A stretch of DNA of 64,000 nt from the human T2T-CHM13v2.0 reference genome, Homo sapiens (GCF_009914755.1 NC_060936.1); one strand, 5' to 3'; shown: positions 18,201 to 37,937, numbered from the stretch's first letter. The notes: generated from the sequence alone by a model not told the origin. Numbers and translations are program-made.

Positions 18201-19089
18201 AACTAAAATTAAAAAGAAATTGTAATATATACAAAGTCCCAACTGTCAGTGGCTTAAAAAAATACCACTTTATTTTGGATCACGTGAAATCCAATACAGA
18301 TGTTTCTGTTTGGGGGCCAGCTTTCATGTCAATATTCATATATTCTCCTTTGATCTTGTGGCCTGGTTATTCCCTAGAGCTCAGAAGTCATTTGCTCAAT
18401 CTTATGATCATCTCAGACAGATAGAGTAAGAAACCATGTAGAATGAACATGTATTTGACATTACTAAAGGCTCTATAAGCATTAGTATTTTTCTGTATAA
18501 TATTTAATTGCACATGAGTTTGTATGTTATATATATATAAATATATATTACATTATATAAGTATATATGTGTATTTGTTCCTACATACCTAGCTATCTGT
18601 AGTACTAGTGGTTAACACTAAACTAATATTATTTATTTTGATGGCAAAAATAAGTTTTGGTACAGATTGGCTGTGGTCAACACATACTGAAAGCTATATA
18701 ATCTTGAAAACTATGTATTATGCTTACAGGTGCTCACATGACTAAAACGAAAGTGGTCCTCTTCAATTACAAATTTCTACTATGTTAGGTTGCTGTAGCA
18801 TCCAATTAATCACTGTTTGACGAACTGGTGAAGTATGTAACATTAAAACTGACTTGAAAATAAAACCTTAAGACACTAACACAACAATCTTATATATATA
18901 TCCTGATCTGCCTCATATCATTAATTACTTTTTTACTTTTTGTTTTTATATTTGTAAACTGAAATAGGATAGATTTTTATCTAACATTACAAAATAACAA
19001 GGTAATTTTTGTTAACAAATGATAAAATTTATTATGATAAAATCACAGTAAGACCAAATAGGACCAACATGGACTAATACTTAAAATTG

Positions 19090-19285
19090 TACAAAATACA
19101 TTGGAAGACACCATCAGGTATAACCTCAGAGTTATTAATTAAAGTTCATTTACTATTCTCATTTTAAAGCTCAAGAAGGGGAGATTCAGAGAGCCAGAGA
19201 CTTCTCTCTGGTTCAGTTAGTATTTAAGCAGTGAAATGGGAACACATAAGTAAATTATTTTACTCTAAATCCTGTGCACTTAGAT
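19090..19285 (-). mobile_element. MIR fragment
   Basis: ctattctcattttaaagctcaagaaggggagattcagagag...ttactctaaatcctgtgcactt core. Confidence 0.5.
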
Positions 19286-21331
19286 TTTTGTCATGCTGAT
19301 AAAAGCTTGGCCTCCTAAAATTCACTTTAGTGTCTAAGTTGAAGATTAAAAAGATAATTTCAACCCACTTTTATTTTTCAGAGAAAGAACATGAAACTCA
19401 AAGATGTAAGGTGGTATGAGCAAGCCTCAAAGAAGGTTCCTAACATACAGTATTCCAGTAAATTCACCCACTCAATTTTAAACTTGATGCTAACACTAAC
19501 CTAAATCCTAAACTTGATCGTTACCCAAATATTTAGCTAAAATTAAATCTGTACACAAGATTTCTTAAAAATTATTCTCTAAAAGAGCCAGTAGTTTTTC
19601 AGCATGAAATCAATTCAAGGGACAGTTGTAAAATTTTTTGTCAGAGAAAATAATCACATTACTAATAAAAACTGACTCAGCACTTAAGATTGCTACAGGG
19701 TTTTCAAAATAGGAGGAAAAATAATATAAATATACTAGTATTTTGAAATAAAATATCCAGATAACATGAGAAAATACTTGTAATTTTGTTTACCCAGATT
19801 TCAGACAAGTAAGAAGTACATAACAAGTAGTATACGACACTATCTTAGCAAAAAAAAATTCAGCATATAGTAATTTATCAAATAGCTCTAATGTTTAAGT
19901 AATATCACCTAAAACTAGCCATAATCAACTTTGTCTTTTTGTGAAAACTTGAACTGGGGAGAGAACTGTCTTTATATCTAAAAACATTTGTATTAAAAGA
20001 TTTAGGTCCTAACAACAAATACAGAATTTGAGGAAAGTACCTCTTTTAAAACTTTAAAAATATCACAGGTTTTGAAGCGATTTCTTTATAGCTCTCATTT
20101 TTATCCAATTGTGAAATAATAGTTCTTGGTTTTTATTTCAGTGCAAAAAGAGAGTAGCCCATGATATTGTCATTCAATAACGAATGCGTTGAGACTCAAT
20201 GCAAAAATGCATTAATAGAAATTTGATCTTAATCCAAGTTGTGGTTGTCATTTTTTTCCAAGTTTTGTAATTATTTTAGGCACTAAAGTCAACTGATTAC
20301 CTTTTCACTGAGTAAAGACTCATTTTGTAATTGGGATTAAGACTCAGCCTTTTTAATACTGACACCAATATTTCCTGTAATGCTACTTAACTATATTTAA
20401 GTATTAATATCACCCTTGTCAATAATTTTAATTCTTATTCCATTTTAGTGCAGAAGGTTATGGCAAAAAGGAAACCAGTTTCACAAATCTATCTAGATTC
20501 TTTCACTTAGCCATACATAGTTCAAATCTAACTGTAGCCACAAAAATTGAAAACAATATAAAGAGTTATTAAAGGTTTGAAATGAAATATTACTTCTATC
20601 ATCTTGGTTTATTTTCTAATATTTAGCTCGGTTGAAAGAAATAAAGAGACTTCCCTATTCTCTTAGTTCACCTAAAGGGAATCTCTTTGTGCCAAAACTG
20701 AACAGCGTTAGATGAAACCATGCGGAGAAAGTGGATGGATTAGGGCTGAGTCAGCGGACTCCTCTCCCTGCTATTAGAATTCTGTTCTGGTCCTATGCCT
20801 TTCAACTTCTTAATCTAATTACGGCTCTCAGGCACTAACTCCTTCCCCTGCAATTTTAAAGATGGAGACCACATATATAATTGATAGCATAACAACAAAT
20901 GCAGGCCTCACAAACAGGTCCATCAGATGAAAAGACACTCCTGAAATTCAGTCAGGAAGTAGTTTACTGCAGTTAAGATCCTGATTGGTTTGGGCCAAGG
21001 ATACTTCTCTTCTTCTCCTTGTTGGTGAGATTCTGAGAACCCCAGACCGGTTAGGATTCTAGTATTTACAGCTAAAATGTAATCAATTTAAATTATGAGA
21101 CAAGAAATCAGAAGTCAGAGGGATGAAAGTTCTCTGAGTTATTCAGTGAGAGCTAAGAGTTATATTCAGAAGACAATTATGGGTATAACTAAACATAGTA
21201 TTATAAAACTTTGCAAGCTTTAAATATGTGGGTTTTTTTAATTAAATGATAAACAGCTAATGAAAGTATGTCAAAATCATGAGCTTAGAAACGTTTGTGT
21301 CATTTTAACTAGTAACAAAAGATTCATACAT

Positions 21332-21412
21332 TGTATTAGTCCATTCTCACGCTGCTATAAAGAAATACCCGAGACTGGATAATTTATAAAGAAAAGAAGT
21401 TTAATTGACTCA
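21332..21412 (-). mobile_element. MST/THE1 LTR terminal fragment (~80 bp)
   Basis: tgtattagtccattctcacgctgctataaagaaatacccgagactgg...gtttaattgactca. Confidence 0.85.
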
Positions 21413-21979
21413 AAATATATGGAATTTGGACAAACAAAAATGCTTTTCAAAATATTATTTAATATCTTTTAGAAATTAAAGAAATGATATTTGTGTGCTG
21501 CACCTGGAAAAAGTTGTAATAACTCTTAAAGGGATAGCATTTTCTTAATTGAAATAGAAAAACAATCAAAACACTGTGTAACATTAAAATGACTCCAAAA
21601 GTAACCAATATTTTAATATTGCACAATTATTTTATGTTTTTGTATGTGAATACATAATACTATTCTTTTAGTAAAGGTTCATTAAAATGCTACATATTTA
21701 GTACTTCTGTCACATTATAAAATAGAGCTATCTGGCTAGAAAAAGTTAAAGACAATAGTTAGCCTCTCTGCTTTCTTCAGATGACTTCATTTTTACTGTT
21801 GTAGTCTAAGAAGAAGATTATCTATACTGTTCTAACATTCTAGAATGCATTTATTACTTCCCAAATGTATAATATAATGTTGATATTTACTAGAAATGAA
21901 GATACAGGGGAATATTCCGAGTAATTAGAAAAACAATTGTTTGGTCAGTGAAAAAGCCATTAGGAAAGAGAAAATATCA

Positions 21980-22128
21980 ATTTTTTTTTTTTTTTTTTTT
22001 TTTTACTTTTCTGTTTTTCAGAGATGGGGACGTACAATATTCCCTAGGCTGGCTTCAAGCCCCTGGGCTCAAGCCTTTCAAGCCTCCCAAGTAGCTGGGA
22101 CTACAGATGAGTGCCACTCTGCCAAGCT
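21980..22128 (-). mobile_element. FLAM (free left Alu monomer)
   Basis: Poly-T, gagatgggg...cctgggctcaagc...gcctcccaagtagctgggactacag. Confidence 0.8.
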
Positions 22129-23573
22129 AAGGAATATTTTCTTAATACCACCTTGTATAATTTAATTCCACAGTTATGCAAACATATACTAAACTTGCTT
22201 CCCCAAAAATCAGTAAAATGAAGAGAACCTAAGATTAATTACAGGAGCAGTGACCATTAGTCTTAAAGAAGTTAGATAGCACATGACAATGGTCAGGTGT
22301 GCCAAATGCAGAAATGCAGGTATGGAGATTTCTGGGAGTCTAACTGATTACATTAGGATTACATTAGCATTTATCTTACTAGATAGCGGCAGTAGTCTTT
22401 AGGGACATCCATGTATTTTCAGATAAAGCATATAACATACAGAACAGAGGTCAAAGCTTACTCAGTTGCAAAGCCATCAAGGGTGGAAAACAAGGACAAA
22501 GTGAGTTCATGAAATAGGCCTGATTGGATTGGGCCAAGGATAGATATCCTTTTCTTTTCTTACCCTCTAGCTTCTGTTACTCGGCAGGATCTTAATACAC
22601 TGGTTTCTTCCAGTTGGCTCAATGCAGCAAGTGAACTCACAGTGTAAGGGGTTAATAGTGAGTGTGAATAAGGAAACACTGAGGCAGAAATGAACTCATT
22701 GCATATCTGATCATATGCAAGTACCAATGCAGAGATGATCAAAGTTGTCATAACACTAAAAATATTTCCTAGGGACTGGACTATGTATTAAATAAATCCC
22801 TTCTCAATCATGTCTCCTCCCTTTTAATGATGAAATCTACCTTTGCTTTCCAAATAACTTGTATTGCTCCATTCTCTCATTGATTTGAAGAAACTGCAGA
22901 AATGTGCAGTGGAGAAAGTATACTAATAAAAAATAGCTGCACAGTGAAACTGCAAATATCTGAAAAGGATTGGGAATATCTTGAAATTTATTCAGATGAC
23001 GTCAGAGACAAATTATACCTCACCTAGATGTTTTGACTCATGAAGATCTGGTGATGAAATCAGATAAGAATTGAAGTTAAGATCAGTGAATACAAATGAG
23101 GATACCTTTTCAAAAGAAGATGGTTTGACTATCAAAAAATTAAGGGAATTCACTGGTAAAATGGTTGAAATAGTTTTTAACACTGATCAACTTGATAGCC
23201 AGCTATAAAAATTATAAAAAGTAAAATTTATTCCTTTTTATTGTACCATCACATATTTTGTCAAAGAAATACTATCATCAAAAATCTATTCTTAATATAT
23301 TTTTGTGTTAAAGATTAAGTGACTAGTAATTTTTGACTATATTCTTTAAAAAGATGTCTTAATTCATAATTGTGTTATTTTAAATATGAAGTCCCAATAA
23401 TTAAAAAATGTTTCCATCTGTTTATTTTTTCACCTTGTTTGTTCCTCTGTGGAACTGTCTTGTTCTTTTGAGTCACTCTGGATTCCCTATGTGGCCTTTT
23501 ATTCTGATACCAATTACAGAACAATAAGGAACCTTTGTATCTCACTTTTTATTCATTTTTAAAATGTTCACAA

Positions 23574-23892
<319 letters not shown>

Positions 23893-24039
23893 TTACATTT
23901 GATGTAGGTTTGCTTATGTTTATTTAATTGGAGCCTGGGAAGTTTTATATATATATAAATGTATTTATAAATGTTTATAAATGTTTTATATATATATATA
24001 TATGTATTTATCTTTTTGACCTTTCTTTTTCTTCTTGAC

Positions 24040-24292
24040 TAATGTCATCTACCAGCTCGTTAGAAATGTAGAATATCGAGAGCTACTCCACATCTATTAA
24101 CTCAGATTCTCCATTTTAACAACATCCCCAAATGATTCATGTGTGCACTCAGGTATAAAACTCTAGACCAATAGCTCTCAGCCTGGCTTGCACACAAGGC
24201 AAATCTGAATTCTTGTTAAGTAGCTAGGCATCAGTATTTTTTATATGCTCCTCAGGTGATTCTAATCTATAACCAGGGTGCAACCCACTGTA
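24040..24292. mobile_element. MER5A/B (hAT-Charlie) fragments
   Basis: gttagaaatgtagaat...cattttaacaacatccccaaatgattc and gctcctcaggtgattctaat motifs. Confidence 0.65.
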
Positions 24293-27052
24293 GACAAACT
24301 CCAGGAGGGCAAGACCATGTCTTTGTTAATTTTATGACTTTTTCTTAAGGGCCCAATAAACTCTCTTGGCAAAATAATTGGGTCTTTGTCAGACCCAGAA
24401 TGGCATTTCCTATGCTCCTAGGATATTTGGTTTGATATTACATGAATTACTAGTGGTTAACTGAGTTTTGGGATTTCAATTCTGACATGCCTTCCTCAGT
24501 TACGTTCTAAGGAAAATGCTGTTATGGAAACATAAACCCCAGTGACCATGAATAAAGCATGCTGACCTTGAGTTAGAGCTGACAGTGGCCTTTTCTTTAT
24601 GAAAATAATAGCTTTTGTCACTCACCTTATGAGGTGAAATCAAAAAAATAAATAACCAAGAATTCTGCAAATACAAAATTTTTTTATGTAAGAACAAAAC
24701 TACCACCTCATCAATATTGTTTCATAGAACAAAGTATATATTCACAGATAATAGAAACTAAGATCTACAGAACTATACGTATGCAAGGACCCAAAACCGA
24801 GTTTTTCTTTGTCCTTAATTTGTACACATTTCTCTTCCTTTAGAATACTTTCAATATACACAATAAATGTCACATGTGGTTCTTTGCTTCCTTTCTCTGT
24901 AACCTTTCTCACTAAGGTAAATAAAATATCAATTTTAATGTAAGTCAACATAAAATATTAATATTTCAGATTTAAAAAAATCACTTATAGAAATGCATTA
25001 GTTATAATTCACTTAAGTATTATTGGGATGACGTCTTCAGCATAAAACTAGTTAGCTCTAAATTGTCACTGGGCTATGTAATATACAAATTAATTCATAT
25101 CATCTTTATATTATACAGCTAGCAATTTCTAAGTATTTGTACATATAGATATCATGGACTTGTAACAAACTCCTTGTAAAAATATCTGTTGTAATTTTTC
25201 CCACAAGTTTCACCTCTTTAAAAATTCAGAAAATAGCTAATATAGTAATATCTAGGGCTGCCACACTGGAATGATTTATGCTTTGCAATCATAAAATATT
25301 GTATCTAGTCAACTGAATTTTAAGCAGTTGAATACTAGTCAGAAAATTTTATCCCACTTAGGAATAAGTTCACAGTGACAGAATATATTTCCCTGGTGAG
25401 TCCAGACATTGTCAGTGACGAAAGGCTTTTAGTTGCTCCCAGTCTGGGCTTGAATCTCTAAAGAAAAAGGCACTTACTAAAACTATTATCTGTGTCACTT
25501 AAGATATATGGCTCTGACTAGCAGTACTTTCTCTATTTTTCACTTCAAGTGTGAACAAATAAGAGCTATTCCTCTCCCAGAAAATCTGGGAATATTTCTT
25601 CAAGTGGGAAAAGCTGAAAGACAGAAAGAGGATCAAGGATCTCTCCATTTTTGTTGGGAGGAGGTCATTTCTTTTGGTTTGATTTTCAAATATTGCTCTC
25701 ATTTTTGCCACTCAAACATAAGCCAAATTTTTCTTTCCATACTGTGTTAATTTTATTTAAAAATCTTGAAATTTACTGGAGATCAGAAAATAAACATTTG
25801 TGTTTCTTTCTGGATTAACACTTTTTCTACCAGTTTATGGAAGAAAACTGGTCTTCCATTGAGTAGACCCAAAATGCCTTAAACAAAATGGATATTTATA
25901 AACAAACCTCTTAAGGCTACAAATTCATCCTTTTGGTTTGTTTCTTTGAGAAGCTCTGGAGAGTTTTGTGATTTACTAGCTAGGGGGTAATTTATTTATT
26001 GCTGACAGCTAGACTCTGAACAAGCAACCAGCACAAATAACAATGTGGAATGGCACTAAATAAAGATTACCAGGATATTATGTCTTTCCCCATGATATTT
26101 AGGGGTCAACTAGTGAGAAACTGATTTGAATTAATATTTTGTATCAGATTATCACACTTGGGACACCAAGTCTTCAGAGTATTCTAAAAGACTGTTATAT
26201 CATTTGAATTTCAAAAAAGAAAAAGAAAAAACATAACACTAGACTGGTTAGTTCTAAAGCTCTGATAACTGCAGGAGGTAAATGACTCTCTTGGAAGACT
26301 GAGAAATATGAAGAATATTGACACAATTAGAGCACAGTACAGGTTTACCTACAAAAGTCTATGTATTAATAAATACAGCTAATGGTATTAGAATGAGAAG
26401 AAATAGAAAAATACTATTAAAACATTATTCTTTACTGCCTTGTCCATAACCCAGGCACAGTTTAAACAGTACACTGCCTTTGCACTTCTGTGATCAGTTT
26501 CTAATATAAAACTCACCTCCTGTATGACAAGGTCAAAACTTGCTTGCAGGATGACCCTGAAGTTTTCTGGACCAGAAGCCCTAAATCAAGATATCTGTTG
26601 TGTGGACACATCAAACAAGATAATATATTTTATAAAAATGAAAGACATCAAAATAAAAACACCATTTGTTATTTTTTAACTTTGTGTTGTTTGTTTACAT
26701 AGTCAAGACTTTTTTCAAATATTGTGTGTGATGGCCTTTATTTTTCTCAAATGGCTATCAAGCAAAAGAAGATCCACTCTATTGTTTTTTTCTTGTTAAT
26801 TTCTTAATAAAATACATAACTTATTATGTAAAATATATGAATTTGATTAAATCAACTCAGTTTCTTCGTAATGATATCAATCACCATTTTTGTTTGTATC
26901 TGATATTGCTGTTTCCCCATAAGACACTTTACATTTAGCGTCACAGGCTTACAAACAAGTAAGTAGGAAATACACAAAATCAAATTCTAGTTTTATATAC
27001 AAAGGTGCAGTTAAACAAATCTGATTTTATTTCCAGTTTTTCCTGTATACAT

Positions 27053-27630
27053 TGTGTGAGCTTAAAATTACTCAACCTCAATGATCTTTATTCACCTCAC
27101 ATGTAAAGTATAGATTATTAGAGTTCTCCATTTGATAGCTTTTTATTTTGATTTTGATACATTACATAATTTATATGAAGGACTAAATAGAGGTGTATTA
27201 GTTCATTTTCGTGGTGCTATAAAGAAATACTTGAGACTGGGTAATTTAGAAAGAAATGCGGTTTAACTGACTCACAGTTCAGCATAGCTGGGGAGACCTC
27301 AGAAACTTAAAATCATAGCAAAGGGGAAGTAAACATGTCCTTCTTCACATGACAGCAGGAGAGAGAAGTGCAGAGTGAAAGGGAGGAAAGCCCCTCATAA
27401 AACCATTAGATCTCCTGAGAACTCACTCACTATCATGTGAACAGCATGGGGGACCCACACCCATGATCTAATCACTTCTCATGATGTCCTTCTCCGGACA
27501 CGTGGAGATTACAATTTGGATTACAATTCAAGATGACATTTGGGTGGGAACGTAGAGCCAGACCACATCAATAGGGCCTTATCTGTAGAAGGTTAGTAAT
27601 CTCTTAACTACTAAAAGTATTATTACTGGC
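27053..27630 (+). mobile_element. MIR split by the THE1 insertion
   Basis: tgtgtgagctt...ttactcaacctc...cctcacatgtaaagt core; resumes after 27575. Confidence 0.5.
27194..27570 (-). mobile_element. Solo THE1D-like LTR
   Basis: tgtattagttcatt...aaaaccattagatctcctgagaactcactcactatc...agccagaccacatca; TSD agagg/atagg. Confidence 0.92.
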
Positions 27631-27737
27631 ACTATAGCTACTACTATCATTAATATTAATTTTGGTATCGCTGTTTAGTGTTGAATAAGTACTTGCTTTA
27701 TGCATGGATTACATGCATTTTTTGGATATTCACAATG

Positions 27738-32887
<5,150 letters not shown>

Positions 32888-33194
32888 TGTTGTTTTTTTT
32901 TTTTTCTAATTTTTTATTTGAGATTATTGCTCTGTCGCCCAGGCTGGAGTACAGTGGCATGATCTTGGCCCACTGCTACCTCTGCCTTCTGAGTTCAAGT
33001 TATTCTCCTGCCTCAGCCTCCCAAGTAGCTGAGATTAGAGGTGCCTGGCACCTTGCCCAACTAATTTTTGTATTTTTAGTAGAGATGGGGTTTCACCATG
33101 TTGGCCAGGTTGGTCTCAAACTCCTGACCTCAAGTGGTCTGACCATCTTGGCCCCAAATTGCTGTGATTAGAGCGTGAGCCCCCATGACCAGCC
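32888..33194 (-). mobile_element. AluS/J
   Basis: Full dimer directly abutting the L1 5' end; followed by cacaatg, which also precedes the L1 tail at 27731. Confidence 0.93.
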
Positions 33195-34339
33195 CACAAT
33201 GCTCTTTGATGTGGGTACATTGCCTACAAATATATTGTGTGTTGGAGACTAGGGAGTTGTTTAGAGTTGGGGACCGATGATAGTCATGTAGCATTTTTGG
33301 TCAACACAATGAATGCAGTAATTAAGTCATTGCCATTATAATTGAATTATAAATACATCAAATATAAAACAATATAATGAAATAAAAAGTTTGACAGCCT
33401 TTTTATAAATAAAGAATTACAGTTCTTAAGAATATATTAGAAAGTATTTACCAATCATCTGATACAAATCCCAGGCTTTGTTGACCCAGATATAGCATAT
33501 AGTAACAAATATCTGAGAATCTATTTTTGGGTAACTCTTTCTTGAGAAGTCTTTACTTAGTTTTGGCATTAAAAAGGCCATTATTTTCCAGTGGAGGATA
33601 TACATAGTAGAATATTTGGTGTGTACAGAACAGTATAAATAAGAAAATAAATGTGTTTATAGTTTCTAACAGAAAACACTCATATTTTGGTCATATACCT
33701 TTCTTATGTTTTTCTCATATGCATGTAAATTCATATTTTTATGTTATATATAAAATTATATTTTATATTTGGTAAAATGCCTTTTAATTCTATATCACAA
33801 ATATTTTTACCATATTATTAAATATTATCTATGACATAATTTTATGGCCACATACAGCCCAATTGTATAAATTATGTCCTTTCATATTAAACTTACAACT
33901 TATTGTTGGTCATGTAGTTTTTTAAGCCCCCCACAAGCACACTGTTTAAAAATGCCTCTAAAATTTTAAAGTCACATAAAAAATTTTAAATGAAAAAATT
34001 TTAAACTCTTTAAAAATTTACTCTAAGAATATTAGTTAAATATATTTAAAGATGGACTGGACGTTCAATGAACAAAGTTGGACATTATTGGACTTCCATC
34101 TTTAAATGTATTTTAAGCAGTTTTCTTTGATTAAAATTCTGGAGGTGGCATTACAGAACCAATGAACATGAATATGTTGAATTTTGTTTAAATTAGAGGC
34201 AAATTATTCTACAAAATATGTTTACGTTTAAATTGAACTGTTTTGGTTCTAATTACTTAGCTTTAGGCAGCTTCTGAACGATAACAACAAATTGGACAAG
34301 ATACTGTATCTCTTTGTTATCCTAAGTATATTTTGATAC

Positions 34340-34555
34340 ATAAAGAATATATGTGTATACATAAATATCTGTATATATACACATATATAAATGTATATTT
34401 ATACAATAATATGTAAATATGTATATATGTATACTTAAATATGTATATATACATATTTATGTATATATGTATACTTAAATATGTATATATACATATTTAT
34501 GTATATATACAAATATATAAAAATGTATGTATATATACATATTTATGTATATATT
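34340..34555. repeat. (TA)-rich tandem repeat with a ~40-bp unit
   Basis: atgtatatatgtatacttaaatatgtatatatacatattt occurs twice in tandem, plus degenerate copies. Confidence 0.9.
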
Positions 34556-35439
34556 CTCCTTCTAAGATGTATATTATTTTTTCTTCCCTCTATCTTTTTC
34601 TTCTTATTTTTCCTTTTCTAGTTCTTTACACTTTCACTTTCATAATATTTTATAATATTTTTTGAATATATACAATATTTACAAGTCTTTAGAAGGCATA
34701 CAATAAATAATACCTCCTTTCAAACTGCTACTTATCTGATATGTTAAAATAAATAAAAGTATACATATATTACAGGTAGAAAGTGATTATTTCCTTAAAA
34801 GAGGATGCATCCTTCCACTTACCCATCTTAAAAACATTTGTTTTATTTTCAGTAATGGTTCCAGATAGAGTAATAGTTTAAGTGAAAACCTTATCAAATA
34901 TCCAATAGCTGTATAGAGTGATACTGGGTTCTTAACATGTCACTCCCATCAAAACATAGACAGGCTGTGTTTGGTGAACACTCTTATTCCTCACCTTGGT
35001 GGTCATCTTTAGTGACTGCCATTTTTACAAGAACTCTATTCTGGTTTCAGTCAGAAATTCAGACTTCATTAAAATCAGTGAGAAAGGATCATTGATTCAG
35101 GCCTATTTTCGACGGAGAATGTTACCAAATATAATTCTCTGGAGAGTAACAAAAGTATACAGAAAACTTCTCTGAAACACTGTGTGCATTCAGGAAACAT
35201 AGTATAAGAATTAGTATAGCTTAGCCCAACACTTCACAATTAAAGTAATTATCATAGTATTTAGAGTACTCAAATGTTTGAATTAATTTACATTTGTGCT
35301 TTGAGTTAATTATTTTGTAGCCTAACAAAAAGCTTAACTATTTAAGTGATTTGTACTCAATCTTCCCAAATGTCTAAATCATACTTGGCAGTAATTCAAG
35401 CACTGAGGACAGAAGAATTAATACTGTTACGAGGTTAAC

Positions 35440-35595
35440 ATATGTAATTATTACGTCAAACTTCTAAGGTAAATATTTCTTACCAGTTGAGAAATGAACT
35501 TCTGCAAAATGAAGTGTTTTCTCACAGTTTATGCAGTTATTAAATGTGAGAGAAGTTGGACAAAGTCAATCACATGATTGAGGCCAAAGTCACTA
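35440..35595 (-). mobile_element. MIR fragment
   Basis: ttgagaaatgaacttctgcaaaatgaagtgttttctcacagt resembles the MIR core. Confidence 0.45.
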
Positions 35596-37043
35596 TAAGG
35601 AGGGACAAAAAAAGGACTTAATACAGGGAAGCTTGAATCACTGAGCAACAGCACAGTAAAAGTCTGGTATAACTTTTATTTTCTTGAATTCAGTATTAAT
35701 AAATTCATAGAACTCCTTATTTAGAGGTTTTTAAACACTTTACCAAAACATGTTTTTAATCTATTACAACAGTCACAGAAATGTTCATAAGAATTGACTA
35801 GTTCCTATGGCTGGAAATATGGAAACACAAAACTTTTCAGATGTTCTTGACTCATATTTATTTATTTATTTATATTAATCACACACTCTTCGTATTCTAA
35901 AAAGCACTATGGCAGCTGATAAAACAGATAGGCATATTTTCTATGCTTATGAATATCAAAAGGATATCAAATAAGAAAAATAACTCTAAAATATATTTGT
36001 GATAAAATTCTAATTTTAAAAGTTATTTACATATAGTTAAACAGCAAAAAAGAAACATGATTAATAGCTTGTGAGATACTTTTAGTGGCTTCAAATTTCT
36101 AAAAACAGAAAATAGATAAATAAATGAGTAAAGTCTTATAGACTTCCCCTTAAATTAATTTTGTTTTAGAGGTTAACATATGTAATTATTATGCTTTCTG
36201 TTTTAATCTTATAAAGTTTGTAGAACTATAAGATTATTTGAACAATGGAGGCATTTATTTTGCAGTATAACCAATACAGTTCATCAAAATTTCTCATAAT
36301 CAATGCCTAATAAATACTTGGGGCATACAATTGAATGTGTTAAATGTTCCCCCCAAAATGTCTTGACTTTTAGTGTGGTTCTTTTGATCTCTTTCATTTC
36401 ATCATAAGATTAAAATAAAAGAAGCTTCTTTTAAGAATCATTGATCATGTACTTGATCTCATTTCCATGGCCAGTGCAACCTGGCAGTCATGACACATAA
36501 TACCAAGTTACATATTCCTCTGTATCAAGGACCCAGAGAGAGATTTTCGAAAAAGGGTCAACATGGAATACTCAAAGTAGAGGTATGGATTTTAAACGAA
36601 GCCACAGGTCCAAGCCATAGCAGCAAGATAAAAATTATTTCCACATGTTGAGCTGAGAGCTTAAACAAATAAAAAAGCGAGGCTGGAAATTGGGCAATTT
36701 TGAAAATGATTGAGAAATAGAGAGTGAAATAAATTGAAAACATCATTATTAGAATTGCATAACTTTATGTTTAAAATGCTTAGGGCAATATTTTTCACAT
36801 GGCAAGCACCACCTGTGATTTAAACAAAATAATATTCATGGTTCAGGCCACATTTGACAAAAAATATGCAAATGGGCTGGGTGTCAAAAATGACCTTATG
36901 AGTGGTTTGATTCATCTCACAGGGAGGGGTAAACATGTCATTTTAAAGAAGTCAAGCAGGATTGAACATCAGAGTCTGTTTTACATAAATACACTTTTCT
37001 ATCCATATGTTCACATAAGGTCTCATTAATTATAACTCTTTGA

Positions 37044-37322
37044 GGCCAGACATTGTGGCTCATGCCTTTAATCCCAGCACTTTGGGATGCCAAGGCAGGT
37101 GGATCACCTTAGGTCAAGAATTGGAGACTAGCCTGGCCAACATGGTGAAATCTCGTCTCTGCTAAAAATACAAAAAATTAGCTGGGCGTGGTGGTGTACG
37201 CCTGTAGTACCAGGTACTTGGGGGGCTGAGGCAGGAGAATTGCTTGAACCCAGGAAGCAGAAGTGCAGAGAGCAGAGATCATGCCAGTGCACTTCAGCCT
37301 GGGCAACAGAGCAAGACTCTCT
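37044..37322 (+). mobile_element. AluS lacking its poly-A tail
   Basis: Dimer ends at gcaagactctct with no A-tract. Confidence 0.95.
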
Positions 37323-37635
37323 TTATATATTTGTCTGCATCCCCATTGTTTTATAAGCTGGTTGCATCTTCAGTCTTTATGTCATCAGACTCCTGCCTGA
37401 TTGCTTTGAACTTCTGATAATCTATTTGATCACAGTGTCTGTTATTTCTGTTCATTTGTTTTGGTCTACTTTGTTTCTGGTCTATTGCTTGCTTTGTCCT
37501 AGCTCTAATAATTCTCTGATTGCTGATTCTTCTTTTGCCATCAACATTTTGATTGCTTAGCTCCATCTCTTTACTTTTCCTCTGACTTCTGGCTTCTTTC
37601 ATCCACTACTCACTTTCAACTGTTTGCCTATTCTA

Positions 37636-37937
37636 TTTTATTTACTTATTTATTGAAACAGGGTCTTGCTTCTTCACCCAGGCTAGAGTGCAGTGGAGAG
37701 ATCATGGCTCATTGCATCCTTGAACTCCTGGGCTCAAGCACTCCTCTTGCCTCAGCCTCCCAAGTTGCTAGGATTACAGGCCCCCACCAATACCTGACTA
37801 TTTTTTTTTTTCTTTTTGTAGAGACAGGAGCTTGCTATATTGCCCAAGCTGGTCTCAAAGTCTTGGACTCAAGCAGTCTTCTCGCTTCAGCCTCCCAAAG
37901 TGTTGGGATTATAAGTGTGAGCTGCCACACTCAGCCT
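37636..37937 (-). mobile_element. AluJ
   Basis: (TTTA)n tail, acagggtcttgc, gaactcctgggctcaagc. Confidence 0.93.

Noticed and set aside
19489-19515. ctaacactaacctaaatcctaaac, telomere-like
   Set aside because: Too short and degenerate to call an interstitial telomeric repeat
22870-23220. Possible Tigger transposase remnant or coding exon
   Set aside because: Stops interrupt it and the resemblance is too weak to support by eye
24617-24628. Minus-strand donor-like AAG|GTGAGT
   Set aside because: No convincing acceptor or coding frame nearby; expected by chance
37351-37602. 83-aa minus ORF between the inverted Alus
   Set aside because: Short, compositionally biased, no splice or domain support
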